Shown here in pieces: positions 1-8,363 of a stretch of 51,073 bases of DNA (position 1 is the stretch's first letter; every line of letters starts with the position of its first letter). A program made the position numbers and the translations under genes. The stretch is from a virus (Duplodnaviria > Caudoviricetes): positions 1-51,073 of the IMG/VR virus record IMGVR_UViG_3300046786_000189, one strand, 5' to 3'. Below the pieces are notes generated by a model that did not search any database, had not been told where the DNA came from, and worked only from the letters and a program-made list of their open reading frames with translations.

Positions 1-1782
1 ACCTGACTGAATGGCTGCGTTTATTGCTGCTGATGCACCAGGCTTGACATAACCTGCTTGTTCTAGTTGTTCTGGATTCGCGGCTAATTTACCTAAGGCT
101 GCTGTTTTTGTTGCACCACTAGTAACTATGCCTGCGCCTGCTGCAACTGCATCTTTTGCAGGGCCCAAAGCTGCTGATACTGCCCCTTGTCCAACCAATG
201 TACCTGTGACATTCTTATCTAATGAGCCACCTACTGCAGGTACGTTTGGTACTGTTGCTGCTACAGCAGGCGATACTGGATTTTCAGGTGTTTGTGGGAC
301 GGCGCTGTTAGTAGTTTGTACTTTTTGCGATGGTTGAGGTGGTAGATTGTCTGAAGCGTTTGTACTAACTTTAACATCTACACCTTGATTAGCATTTGCC
401 CATGGGCTATGTGCAGGTGCTCTTGATACAATACTTGATAGTTTACCGGGTGCAGCAGCATAACCTTTTACACTGTCAAACAATGTATCCGAATGTGCCA
501 CGATGGGTAGTGGTTTGACTTTCTCTGGAACAGTAGAAGACGAACCCGTGTTCAAGTTAACGTTAGGTCCACCATTTATATATGTAGTCCCACTACTCTT
601 AACTGATGCATCACCGGCAGATTCAAAACTCATTGCACCATCTACTTTTAGTGTATGCTTACCCAACGTGTATGCTTCAAAATCAGTACCAACTAGTGCT
701 TTGGTTGTTTTTTCACTTTGAATTTGGACTGTCTCACCGCTAATATTCAATGCTTTCTTAGCGTTGATATTAATGTTATTGTCAGCGTGTAGGTTCAAAT
801 CACCCTGTGTTCTAATATTAACTGAGTTAGTAGAGTACATATCAATTGTACCTTCTTTACCCAATTCAATATAACTTTGACCATTGCTATGAATAATGAA
901 CAGTGTTTGACCATCATCACTCATTGTAATCTGGTGACCCAATGCTGTGCGAATACGTAGCATTTGATTTTGTCCAGTAATGTCGCCATCATCCATTACA
1001 ATACTATGTCCGCCGCGTCTAGCAATTATCTTTGCTTTATCAGGTGATGCGTTGGCTAGTTGACTTATATTTTGATCCGTGTACCCACCTTCGTAGATTG
1101 GTCTACCTGGTGTGCTCATACCAAACACACGTGATGGTGATTCACGCATACTAGAACTACTGATTACACCTCTAACAGCGTCACGTATCAAACCTTGCTT
1201 AAACAATATACTTGCTTGATAACTATGCACTGGTCTGGCTTCTGTGGGATAGTTACTACTGTCACTTAATCCAGTGTTCTTATCATTGATTTCTACAGTA
1301 GGCAATCTATCTGCACCACCTAAACTTTCTGCCTCACCCTCATTCAATATTACATTGCTTGATGCACCAACTGCAGGTGTCATATGTGTCAAGCCAGGTT
1401 GAGGTACACATCCTATGTAATATCCAAAATCTGTTTTACCTTGCAAGAATATACAAATAACTTCAGTACCTACATCAGGTGGGTTAGACCAGAATCCATA
1501 GCTATGTTGGTTGCCTAAGAAAGTTCCATAGTCTTTACTACTTGCGGTATTTGGAGTCACACCATAGAAAGGACTCATATAACTAACTGTTTTCCAGTTT
1601 CTACTGTCATTGGGATCTAAACCCCCAAAGTCTTCAATGTATACTCTTATTTTACCTGATTTAGTTTTATCATATGAACTCTTAACGATTCCCTTAACAG
1701 GATACAATATAGGATTAGACCCGCCTGCATCAGGTTTATGATTACTAGTAGTTCCTCTAGTTTTAATAATGTTATTACTCAT
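1..1782 (-). CDS. Baseplate central spike/hub, T4 gp5/VgrG-like N-terminal OB fold (3'-partial, runs off the window; absent from ORF track)
   Basis: Hand translation from ATG at 1782 (AGGA SD upstream): MSNNIIKTRG...VKGIVKSSYDKTKSGKIRVYIEDFGG...WKTVSYMSPFYG...SYGFWSNPPDVGTEVICIFLQGKTDFGYYIGC. This has the gp5/VgrG 'G.IRV...W...P.VG.EV...F..G' pattern. The same frame is open at base 1 (...QAGYVKPGASAAINAAIQSG). It lies in a baseplate cluster. Confidence 0.75.
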   Translation of the reverse strand, partial: MSNNIIKTRGTTSNHKPDAGGSNPILYPVKGIVKSSYDKTKSGKIRVYIEDFGGLDPNDSRNWKTVSYMSPFYGVTPNTASSKDYGTFLGNQHSYGFWSNPPDVGTEVICIFLQGKTDFGYYIGCVPQPGLTHMTPAVGASSNVILNEGEAESLGGADRLPTVEINDKNTGLSDSSNYPTEARPVHSYQASILFKQGLIRDAVRGVISSSSMRESPSRVFGMSTPGRPIYEGGYTDQNISQLANASPDKAKIIARRGGHSIVMDDGDITGQNQMLRIRTALGHQITMSDDGQTLFIIHSNGQSYIELGKEGTIDMYSTNSVNIRTQGDLNLHADNNININAKKALNISGETVQIQSEKTTKALVGTDFEAYTLGKHTLKVDGAMSFESAGDASVKSSGTTYINGGPNVNLNTGSSSTVPEKVKPLPIVAHSDTLFDSVKGYAAAPGKLSSIVSRAPAHSPWANANQGVDVKVSTNASDNLPPQPSQKVQTTNSAVPQTPENPVSPAVAATVPNVPAVGGSLDKNVTGTLVGQGAVSAALGPAKDAVAAGAGIVTSGATKTAALGKLAANPEQLEQAGYVKPGASAAINAAIQSG

Positions 1783-1792
1783 GTCCTATGCC

Positions 1793-4480
1793 TTATTTCT
1801 TTTTATAACTATTTTCGTCATATGGTCTAAATGCTGACAATATCGCAGAACCCCATGAAGATAAAGTAGAAGGTGACTGCTTTGTGTTTTGTGGCACACG
1901 TTGTTGTGTCTTTTCTCTGCCTGATGGAGGAGGTCTAGCTCCTACGTCAGAATCTGATGATGATTTCATTTTAGAAAACTTTGCCATATCTTTTCTATCA
2001 TAACTACCGTCATCGTCTAAAACCTGTCTGCCTTGTCCAGTATCCTGAGCAATGTCAACTCGTCTTGGGTCAGTTGCTGCAAAGTTTTTCCTAGCTTCTA
2101 AAGCGACTCCAGGATCTAACGATCCAGATACACCAGAACTAACTGGTAATGTTTTATCTGCTACCTCTGACGATTCATCCGTTGAACCACTATTAGAAGG
2201 TGCTCTAACATCTGGATTGTTGTTAGTATTTGATACTGTTTCTCGGTCAGTATTCTTTTTTGCTTTATTAGTAGCTGCTATATTTAGATTTTCAAATCCA
2301 GCAATAATCAAATCTAGTTCTTGTGTAAACTTACCTTTTGAGAATGTAGAAGTACATGCATTAACCATGTATGCAATACCTTGAATTCTACTCTTTAATT
2401 CAGGAGGATATCTATAAAACTCTATGTTCTCATTAGATACATTCATTATACCTTGCTTAAGGTCATAATCTTTAACTGCCTTAAAATTAATCTCAACAAA
2501 TACTTGTCCGCCGTTAGGATTGATTGTGTAGTCAGGGCCATAGAACGCACTGTATGGTCCATTGTTCATACCAACTGTCATCAGTAGATAATCAGGATCA
2601 CCTAGTATATTCAACTTTGCTCTGGCTTGTGATCCAGGGTCATATAGACTTGCACGGATGCTTGCTACCGGTTCACCTGCTTTACCGTATGATATAGATG
2701 TATTTTCGTTTTGTTTATAGTTATAAACAATAGGAATCTTTGGGTCGGTTACACCACTGGGTCCTTGTTTTACTGTACCAATAAAATACAGTGAGTTGTA
2801 TTGCTGTTCATATGATATGACTTCTGTATTTTTACCGGTGAACCAATAATTATATAGTTTGTGCGGGCCTTGATATGTACCAACTCTTTTCACATATGTT
2901 GATTGAACATAAGGTACAGTATATTCTCTAATTTCATATGTAATCTCGAATGCAAAGTCGTTTCTTTTTACGTCAAAGCCCAATGGAAGTACAATTGGGT
3001 TTACATTATACCACTTCAACGTAGTAGGTACTTGTGCTTCTTCATCTGTTTCAGATTCGTCTATTATTGTTTTCAATGCACTAGTAATGTAATCACTTTG
3101 TCCAATCACTTGGTCAATAACATCTAACAACGGTGTACCTTGATTTACGCTTACAGTTCTATTGTTTAAGTTTATAGTTTGTTTTGCATCAGTTGCATCA
3201 TTGTTTTCTGCACTTGTTTCAATATTATTAGCAGGAGCCTTAAACTTGTTAACTTCTCCTTTAGGTATAATACTAGCACTAGCAATGCTCTCACTATAGA
3301 ATCGTATGTTATACTTGTTTGGGATAGATGTTTTGCCTGTGGTCAACAAATTTTGTTCAGCTTCATTCATTGCCTGAATTAAACCAGTAACTGTTTTCTT
3401 TGTTGTAGGTTTTACAACTTTCAATCCTTCAGTGGCTGTATCAATTATTAATGAGTCACCGTTGTTTTGTCCAAACAATACATCTTGTACAGACTCACCA
3501 ACCAATTCAATTGGATTAGGTACCTGGGCACGTTTAACACCAAAACCTTCTTGTAGTCCGGTTTGTGCAGCCTTAATATTATACACAACCATTTTGCCAT
3601 CAAGTTTAAACTTGAAGTCTGTTATAGTTATGGGATAATATCTTGCAAACAACGCATTTTTTTCTATACTAGAAGTAGTACCGGGTGTTGCATACCTACT
3701 TCCTTCTACTAATTCCCCACGTTCATCATATCCATAAAACTTAATACCTAGCATATAGAATTGTGCTAATGCATTGGTATTTTCTTTTATGCCTTTTACA
3801 CGACTACTTGAAATAACATTCCATGCAGCTTCCCTAAGTTGTTGTGTAAAACTAAATCCATATGGTTCATAAATCTTAAATTCAAATGATACTGTATTAA
3901 TAGCACCATTAGCACTCTTACCTTGTAAGTACTTTTTAAAAACCAAATCATCTATGTATAAGTCTAAATCTATACCTGGTGCTCTTGATACGCCGTTGTC
4001 ATTGACTCCGCCACTTTGTGCTACTACAAACATGCCCGGCATGTTTGTTTTTCCACTCAACACATATGTTTGATATGCTTCGGGTGTTAACATGTATAAT
4101 GTTAATTGGTAGGTATAACTACTTAAATCTCCCAATGGGTTGTATGGACGGCGTCCAGGAGCTACTTTACTTTTACCATTACCATCTATAGGTCTACCTG
4201 CACCTAAACCTGCTCTACCTGCTTGTGTAGCTCCAGATTGTGCTTCTGATATTTTGCTTACGCCAGCATCACTTATAACCTCGTTTATACCATCAGTAGT
4301 GCCGTCATCAGCAGCGGTATCAGAAGAGGCTTCTTTGGTTTGACCATCTACTCCAGTGCTACTATCACCTGCTCTGTCATCATCACTACTATTGTTTGTA
4401 GGTACATCGGGGTTGTCACCCTGTTCATAGTAAGCAACATCTGGTAATACACCACCACTTGGATCTTGTTCTATTGCCAT
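1793..4480 (-). CDS. Large baseplate hub protein (gp27/GpD-like, putative)
   Basis: 895-aa ORF between the gp53-like gene and the gp5-like gene. C-terminal 'AKLNILGDPDYL...YMVNACTSTFSKGKFTQELDL' resembles hub proteins. Call is from synteny plus weak motif. Confidence 0.5.
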   Translation of the reverse strand: MAIEQDPSGGVLPDVAYYEQGDNPDVPTNNSSDDDRAGDSSTGVDGQTKEASSDTAADDGTTDGINEVISDAGVSKISEAQSGATQAGRAGLGAGRPIDGNGKSKVAPGRRPYNPLGDLSSYTYQLTLYMLTPEAYQTYVLSGKTNMPGMFVVAQSGGVNDNGVSRAPGIDLDLYIDDLVFKKYLQGKSANGAINTVSFEFKIYEPYGFSFTQQLREAAWNVISSSRVKGIKENTNALAQFYMLGIKFYGYDERGELVEGSRYATPGTTSSIEKNALFARYYPITITDFKFKLDGKMVVYNIKAAQTGLQEGFGVKRAQVPNPIELVGESVQDVLFGQNNGDSLIIDTATEGLKVVKPTTKKTVTGLIQAMNEAEQNLLTTGKTSIPNKYNIRFYSESIASASIIPKGEVNKFKAPANNIETSAENNDATDAKQTINLNNRTVSVNQGTPLLDVIDQVIGQSDYITSALKTIIDESETDEEAQVPTTLKWYNVNPIVLPLGFDVKRNDFAFEITYEIREYTVPYVQSTYVKRVGTYQGPHKLYNYWFTGKNTEVISYEQQYNSLYFIGTVKQGPSGVTDPKIPIVYNYKQNENTSISYGKAGEPVASIRASLYDPGSQARAKLNILGDPDYLLMTVGMNNGPYSAFYGPDYTINPNGGQVFVEINFKAVKDYDLKQGIMNVSNENIEFYRYPPELKSRIQGIAYMVNACTSTFSKGKFTQELDLIIAGFENLNIAATNKAKKNTDRETVSNTNNNPDVRAPSNSGSTDESSEVADKTLPVSSGVSGSLDPGVALEARKNFAATDPRRVDIAQDTGQGRQVLDDDGSYDRKDMAKFSKMKSSSDSDVGARPPPSGREKTQQRVPQNTKQSPSTLSSWGSAILSAFRPYDENSYKKK

Positions 4481-4779
4481 TATATTCCTAATACATTTTT
4501 AAGCACAGCAAGCTGTGGTATGTATATTCCAGTTCCAGTTTTAAAATCAAACAATGGATCTTTGATTCTATTTGGATTTCGTTGTGCGAACACCCACCAT
4601 AGTCTGCTATCGTTATATAAGTCAAATGCTAACATGTCTGGTCTATAATTGTATGTGGGGGTAATAACCCAATACATATCTGTTTCATTTTTTGGTATTG
4701 GTCTATCTATCATAACATCTAAAAAGTTGTTATTTACAATAGATGAATCATAATATGGACTTGCTTGTGAGTATGCCAT
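4480..4779 (-). CDS. Baseplate wedge protein, gp53-like (LysM-like)
   Basis: Motif 'YNYRPDMLAFDLYNDSRLWWVFAQRNP...IYIP' is typical of gp53/LysM-like wedge proteins. Start re-called at ATG 4779 (TAATG coupling to the upstream gene). Confidence 0.75.
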   Translation of the reverse strand: MAYSQASPYYDSSIVNNNFLDVMIDRPIPKNETDMYWVITPTYNYRPDMLAFDLYNDSRLWWVFAQRNPNRIKDPLFDFKTGTGIYIPQLAVLKNVLGI

Positions 4780-6023
4780 TACCACATACCTCCTGTGTTA
4801 TTCTTGCTTCCTCTGTTCAACTTACCAGTAGCATAATCACGCAAACTAAATGTGTTGCTGACATTATTGCGAGATACAATTGGTACACCTGTTATAACTA
4901 TTTGCATTTTAGTTGGAACATATGTTGCATCTGTGTTTGCCAAATCAGTAAATGCAGGCTCTGCTACTACCCCACCAAACTTTAATCCGGATGCAAATAA
5001 TCTACTTAACCCAGGAGCATATTTGTCAACTAGATTATTTTTATTCAATCTTCCTAAATTCACACCAGGTGCAACTGGAGAACTACCTGCACGAATGTAG
5101 TCTACATCATTTGGCAAAGAATAGTTGAAGTTTGTTATCGCCAGTGGATGATTATCAAATTGATATGGTCCATAACCACTTAAGAAACACAATGGAGGAG
5201 GAACACCATTGACAGGACTAGTATCTTTACCATAGAACATTTTTGTAACTGATTTGAAAAAGTGTACTACTGCCAATAGATACTTTGCTTCGGATGTATC
5301 TTGTGCTGTGAAGTCTGCGGTTATTTGAACGTCGCCTACATAACTACTTCTATATTGGTAAAACTTATAGTTAGTATGAGTTAACTCAGTTGGATCATAA
5401 CTGGCAGCATATGTTACGTTTATAGTTGGTGTATATGGAAACACTACACCATTTGTACCCTTCAATGGAAACAATACATCAGCTTGACCTGCAACGTTAT
5501 ACAAATATTGTGCACCTGGTGCTAAACTCAAACGTACACGCCAATCTTTTGCCTGTTGAAATATCGCAGTGTCTTGTTTAGTTGCTTGACCACGTGCATT
5601 ATTAGTTTCACCTGCGGTTGTACCATATTTGTATTCACCGGTGTAGTCTTCTGCTCCTGCCGCAACTATACCTGCAGTAGTACCGTCATCGGCTGCATTT
5701 AATGCAGCGTATACGCCCGGATCATTGTCAATTACTGTCTGTTCTGTAGGAGGATCGTCTAAGCCAGCTTGAGCATTTAATCTGGCTAGTTCATAAGGAT
5801 CTTCTTCTGGGTCAATTTCTACCGGAGACCCGATGTTTGCTTGTGCGGCGTCAAACTCATTCTGTGCCTGCTGTTGTTGATAATATTCAACTTCGGGGTC
5901 AGTAGCAGGTGGAATGGGTTCGGGCGCTACTTCAACGTTAGTAACTACAGCAGATTGAAGTTCGTATGCTGGCAGGTCACTTAAACCAGCGTCAGTGTTA
6001 GGGTTTATTGTTGGGTCTGCCAT
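4779..6023 (-). CDS. Baseplate/tail-tube initiator-like protein (gp48/gp54-like, putative) with acidic N-terminal extension
   Basis: Tube-fold-like motifs 'DWRVRLSLAP...VVFPYTPTI...HTNY...PPPLCFLSGYG...ITNFNYSLPNDVDY...VPT'. Start re-called at ATG 6023 (AAGGA SD and CTAAATA motif upstream). Confidence 0.55.
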   Translation of the reverse strand: MADPTINPNTDAGLSDLPAYELQSAVVTNVEVAPEPIPPATDPEVEYYQQQQAQNEFDAAQANIGSPVEIDPEEDPYELARLNAQAGLDDPPTEQTVIDNDPGVYAALNAADDGTTAGIVAAGAEDYTGEYKYGTTAGETNNARGQATKQDTAIFQQAKDWRVRLSLAPGAQYLYNVAGQADVLFPLKGTNGVVFPYTPTINVTYAASYDPTELTHTNYKFYQYRSSYVGDVQITADFTAQDTSEAKYLLAVVHFFKSVTKMFYGKDTSPVNGVPPPLCFLSGYGPYQFDNHPLAITNFNYSLPNDVDYIRAGSSPVAPGVNLGRLNKNNLVDKYAPGLSRLFASGLKFGGVVAEPAFTDLANTDATYVPTKMQIVITGVPIVSRNNVSNTFSLRDYATGKLNRGSKNNTGGMW

Positions 6024-6043
6024 TCTATTCGATTCCTTACTTA

Positions 6044-6059
6044 TATTTAGCACTAAATA
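6044..6059. promoter_or_regulatory. Back-to-back T4-late-like promoter motifs (CTAAATA on - at 6050-6044 and on + at 6053-6059)
   Basis: TATTTAG-CA-CTAAATA palindrome in a divergent intergenic region. It resembles the T4 late consensus TATAAATA. Confidence 0.55.
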
Positions 6060-6094
6060 AAAGTGCTATTTTTACCCTTTTCTCACCCAATCTA

Positions 6095-6123
6095 TTGTAA
6101 TTCTTAAACTAAAGTGTTACAAT
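6095..6123 (+). promoter_or_regulatory. Sigma70-type promoter for the late sigma factor gene
   Basis: TTGTAA (6095-6100), 17-bp spacer, extended -10 TG-n-TACAAT (6115-6123), 25 nt upstream of the ATG at 6149. Confidence 0.65.
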
Positions 6124-6148
6124 GTCTCATCACAAACTACGGAGAACT

Positions 6149-7063
6149 ATGAGTTTACCATCAAAAAAACCAGTTAATTATCTTAACAACAAAGACATTT
6201 TAAAAGAGATTCATGCAAGCAAAAACACATATTGCAAATACTTAGATCCAAAGACCGATCATTTCTACGATTTCATTGTGGATATGCCACAATCTAGTAT
6301 CAAAGAAAGTTTAGAATACGCACTAAAGCCAGAAACTATTCAACAAGCCCGTGAGACTAGGGCTGCTAGAATGGATATGGAAGATGGGTTACCTAAAGGG
6401 TCATACGATCCGATCAGCATACCCGTAACTGATTTAGTATTTAGGGTCATGACTTGGGATCACATTCCAGTAGCTCCCAAACAACCCAGAAAAGTAGATA
6501 AAAAGAAAACTGCAAAAGATATTTTTGAGTTTGACGATGAATCCGAAGAACTATTTGCTGATTTAGAAGATACAGTAAAAGACACCCTCGGTAAAGATGA
6601 GGTTGATGACATGGTACACGTCAAGGTCAACTTCCCACCATTCCAACATTTCAGATTAGATAGTACTAATACATTTAAATGCATTGGCAAAAGTCATTGG
6701 ATTGGTGATCTTGAGGATGGAGAATTCTCAAAGGATCAAGGAAATATCACAGATAAACTTGCCCGTATGTATATTATGATGTGTGAAAAATACGCTATGA
6801 AATTCAATTGGCGTGGTTACACATACAACGATGAGATGCGTAATAGTGCTATTCTACAGTTGACATACGTTGGATTGCGTTTCAACGAAGCCAAATCAGC
6901 AAACCCGTTTGCATATTACACAGCAGCTATTACTAATAGTTTTTGTCGTGTATTGAATTCAGAAAAACGTAATCAAAACATACGTGATGACATTTTAGAA
7001 ATGAATGGGCTGAACCCAAGTTGGTCAAGACAATCAAGCAGTTCAACTGTATACGAAGAATAA
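6149..7063 (+). CDS. gp55: Late-transcription sigma factor, T4 gp55-like
   Basis: N-terminal 'NYLNNKDILKEI' and C-terminal 'NWRGYTYNDEM...FNEAKSANPFAYYTAAITNSF' match gp55-family motifs. It lies upstream of gp47/gp46 as in T4-like phages. GGAG SD supports the start at 6149. Confidence 0.8.
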   Translation: MSLPSKKPVNYLNNKDILKEIHASKNTYCKYLDPKTDHFYDFIVDMPQSSIKESLEYALKPETIQQARETRAARMDMEDGLPKGSYDPISIPVTDLVFRVMTWDHIPVAPKQPRKVDKKKTAKDIFEFDDESEELFADLEDTVKDTLGKDEVDDMVHVKVNFPPFQHFRLDSTNTFKCIGKSHWIGDLEDGEFSKDQGNITDKLARMYIMMCEKYAMKFNWRGYTYNDEMRNSAILQLTYVGLRFNEAKSANPFAYYTAAITNSFCRVLNSEKRNQNIRDDILEMNGLNPSWSRQSSSSTVYEE

Positions 7064-7070
7064 TTTAACC

Positions 7071-7107
7071 AACAGAGTTGCGTTAGTAACTCTGTTTACA
7101 TTATACT
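7071..7107 (+). promoter_or_regulatory. Sigma70-type promoter overlapped by a 9-bp inverted repeat
   Basis: TTGCGT (7078-7083), 18 bp, TATACT (7102-7107). The inverted repeat AACAGAGTT-N8-AACTCTGTT spans 7071-7096. ATG at 7114 has no SD. Confidence 0.5.
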
Positions 7108-7113
7108 AAACGA

Positions 7114-8127
7114 ATGAGTAACCTTTTTAAGAAAGCCGCGGTCTTTACCGACATTCACTTTGGACTTAAGAGTAACAGTCTACAACACAATAGCGATTGC
7201 GAACGTTTTGTAGATTGGTTTATTGAGCAAGCCAAAAAAGAAAACTGTGAAACATGTTTCTTCTTGGGCGATTGGAATCATCATCGTGCAAGCATTAACA
7301 TTCATACTTTACAGTTTGGATTACAAGCATTGGAGAAACTAAATGCTAGCTTTGATAGAGTATATTTTATACCAGGCAATCACGATCTTTATTATCGTGA
7401 CCGTAGGGACATACATAGTGTTGAGTGGGCTAAACATCTACCAAACGTTGAGGTCGTCAATGACTTCAGAAAAGAAGGAGATGTAGTAATTGCACCCTGG
7501 CTTGTTCAGGATGATTACAAGAAACTACAAAAGATGGGTGGCAAATATCTATTTGGTCATCTAGAACTTCCTCACTTCTATATGAATGCTATGGTTGAGA
7601 TGCCCGATCATGGGGAAATTAACGAAGAACACATGAAGGGCTTTGACAAAGTGTTCAGTGGTCACTTTCATAAACGTCAAGCACGTAAGAACATTTGGTA
7701 CATTGGTAATGCATTCCCACATAACTATGCGGACGTTAACGATGATGCACGTGGTATGATGATACTAGAATGGGGACAAGAACCTATCTTCCGTTCATGG
7801 CCTAGACAACCTGTATTTCGTGTTCACAAACTCAGCGAAGTACTTGAGAATCCAGAAGGATTGCTATTGATTGATAGTCATGTTAGAGTACATCTTGACG
7901 TTGAAATTTCTTATGAAGAAGCTAACTTTTTACGTGAGACATGGATACCCGAACACAAACTACGTGAAATGGCATTGATACCTATGAAGGCTGACCAAGT
8001 TGAACAACAAGGTTTTGACGGACTCAAATTTGAATCTGTGGATCAAATCGTCATTGACCAAATTAACTCAATTGAATCAAAATCATTTGACAAGAAGATT
8101 CTATTGGAAATCTATAACAATCTATGA
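7114..8127 (+). CDS. gp47: Recombination endonuclease subunit, gp47/Mre11/SbcD-like metallophosphoesterase
   Basis: Phosphoesterase motifs DIHFG, LGDW, GNHD, GHLE and GHFH; adjacent to a Rad50-like ATPase. Confidence 0.92.
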   Translation: MSNLFKKAAVFTDIHFGLKSNSLQHNSDCERFVDWFIEQAKKENCETCFFLGDWNHHRASINIHTLQFGLQALEKLNASFDRVYFIPGNHDLYYRDRRDIHSVEWAKHLPNVEVVNDFRKEGDVVIAPWLVQDDYKKLQKMGGKYLFGHLELPHFYMNAMVEMPDHGEINEEHMKGFDKVFSGHFHKRQARKNIWYIGNAFPHNYADVNDDARGMMILEWGQEPIFRSWPRQPVFRVHKLSEVLENPEGLLLIDSHVRVHLDVEISYEEANFLRETWIPEHKLREMALIPMKADQVEQQGFDGLKFESVDQIVIDQINSIESKSFDKKILLEIYNNL

Positions 8128-8363
8128 AGAAATCAAAAGACAATTTAGAACATAGAATCCAATTAAAGAAGGATGAGATAAAGCGATATGAATTTGTTAT
8201 TGCTAATTATCCACCTGATAGAATGGAAAAGCACGGTAATCCTTTTCTAAAAAAACTCAATAATGAATTGAAGATACTTCAAAATGAACTTGAAGATAGA
8301 GAAGGCCGTAGAGAGATAAAAGCTAACTTAGGTTATAGCAGAATTGGTCGTAACAACGTATGA
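8124..8363 (+). CDS. Hypothetical protein (79 aa, basic, predicted helical)
   Basis: Fills the gap between gp47 and gp46 exactly, with ATGA start/stop overlaps at both ends. Confidence 0.65.
   Translation: MKKSKDNLEHRIQLKKDEIKRYEFVIANYPPDRMEKHGNPFLKKLNNELKILQNELEDREGRREIKANLGYSRIGRNNV

Noticed and set aside
1-6023. Bacterial T6SS/eCIS locus suggested by the VgrG-like and LysM-like genes
   Set aside because: Portal, prohead protease, capsid, gp55 and gp46/47 in the same window indicate a complete tailed phage.
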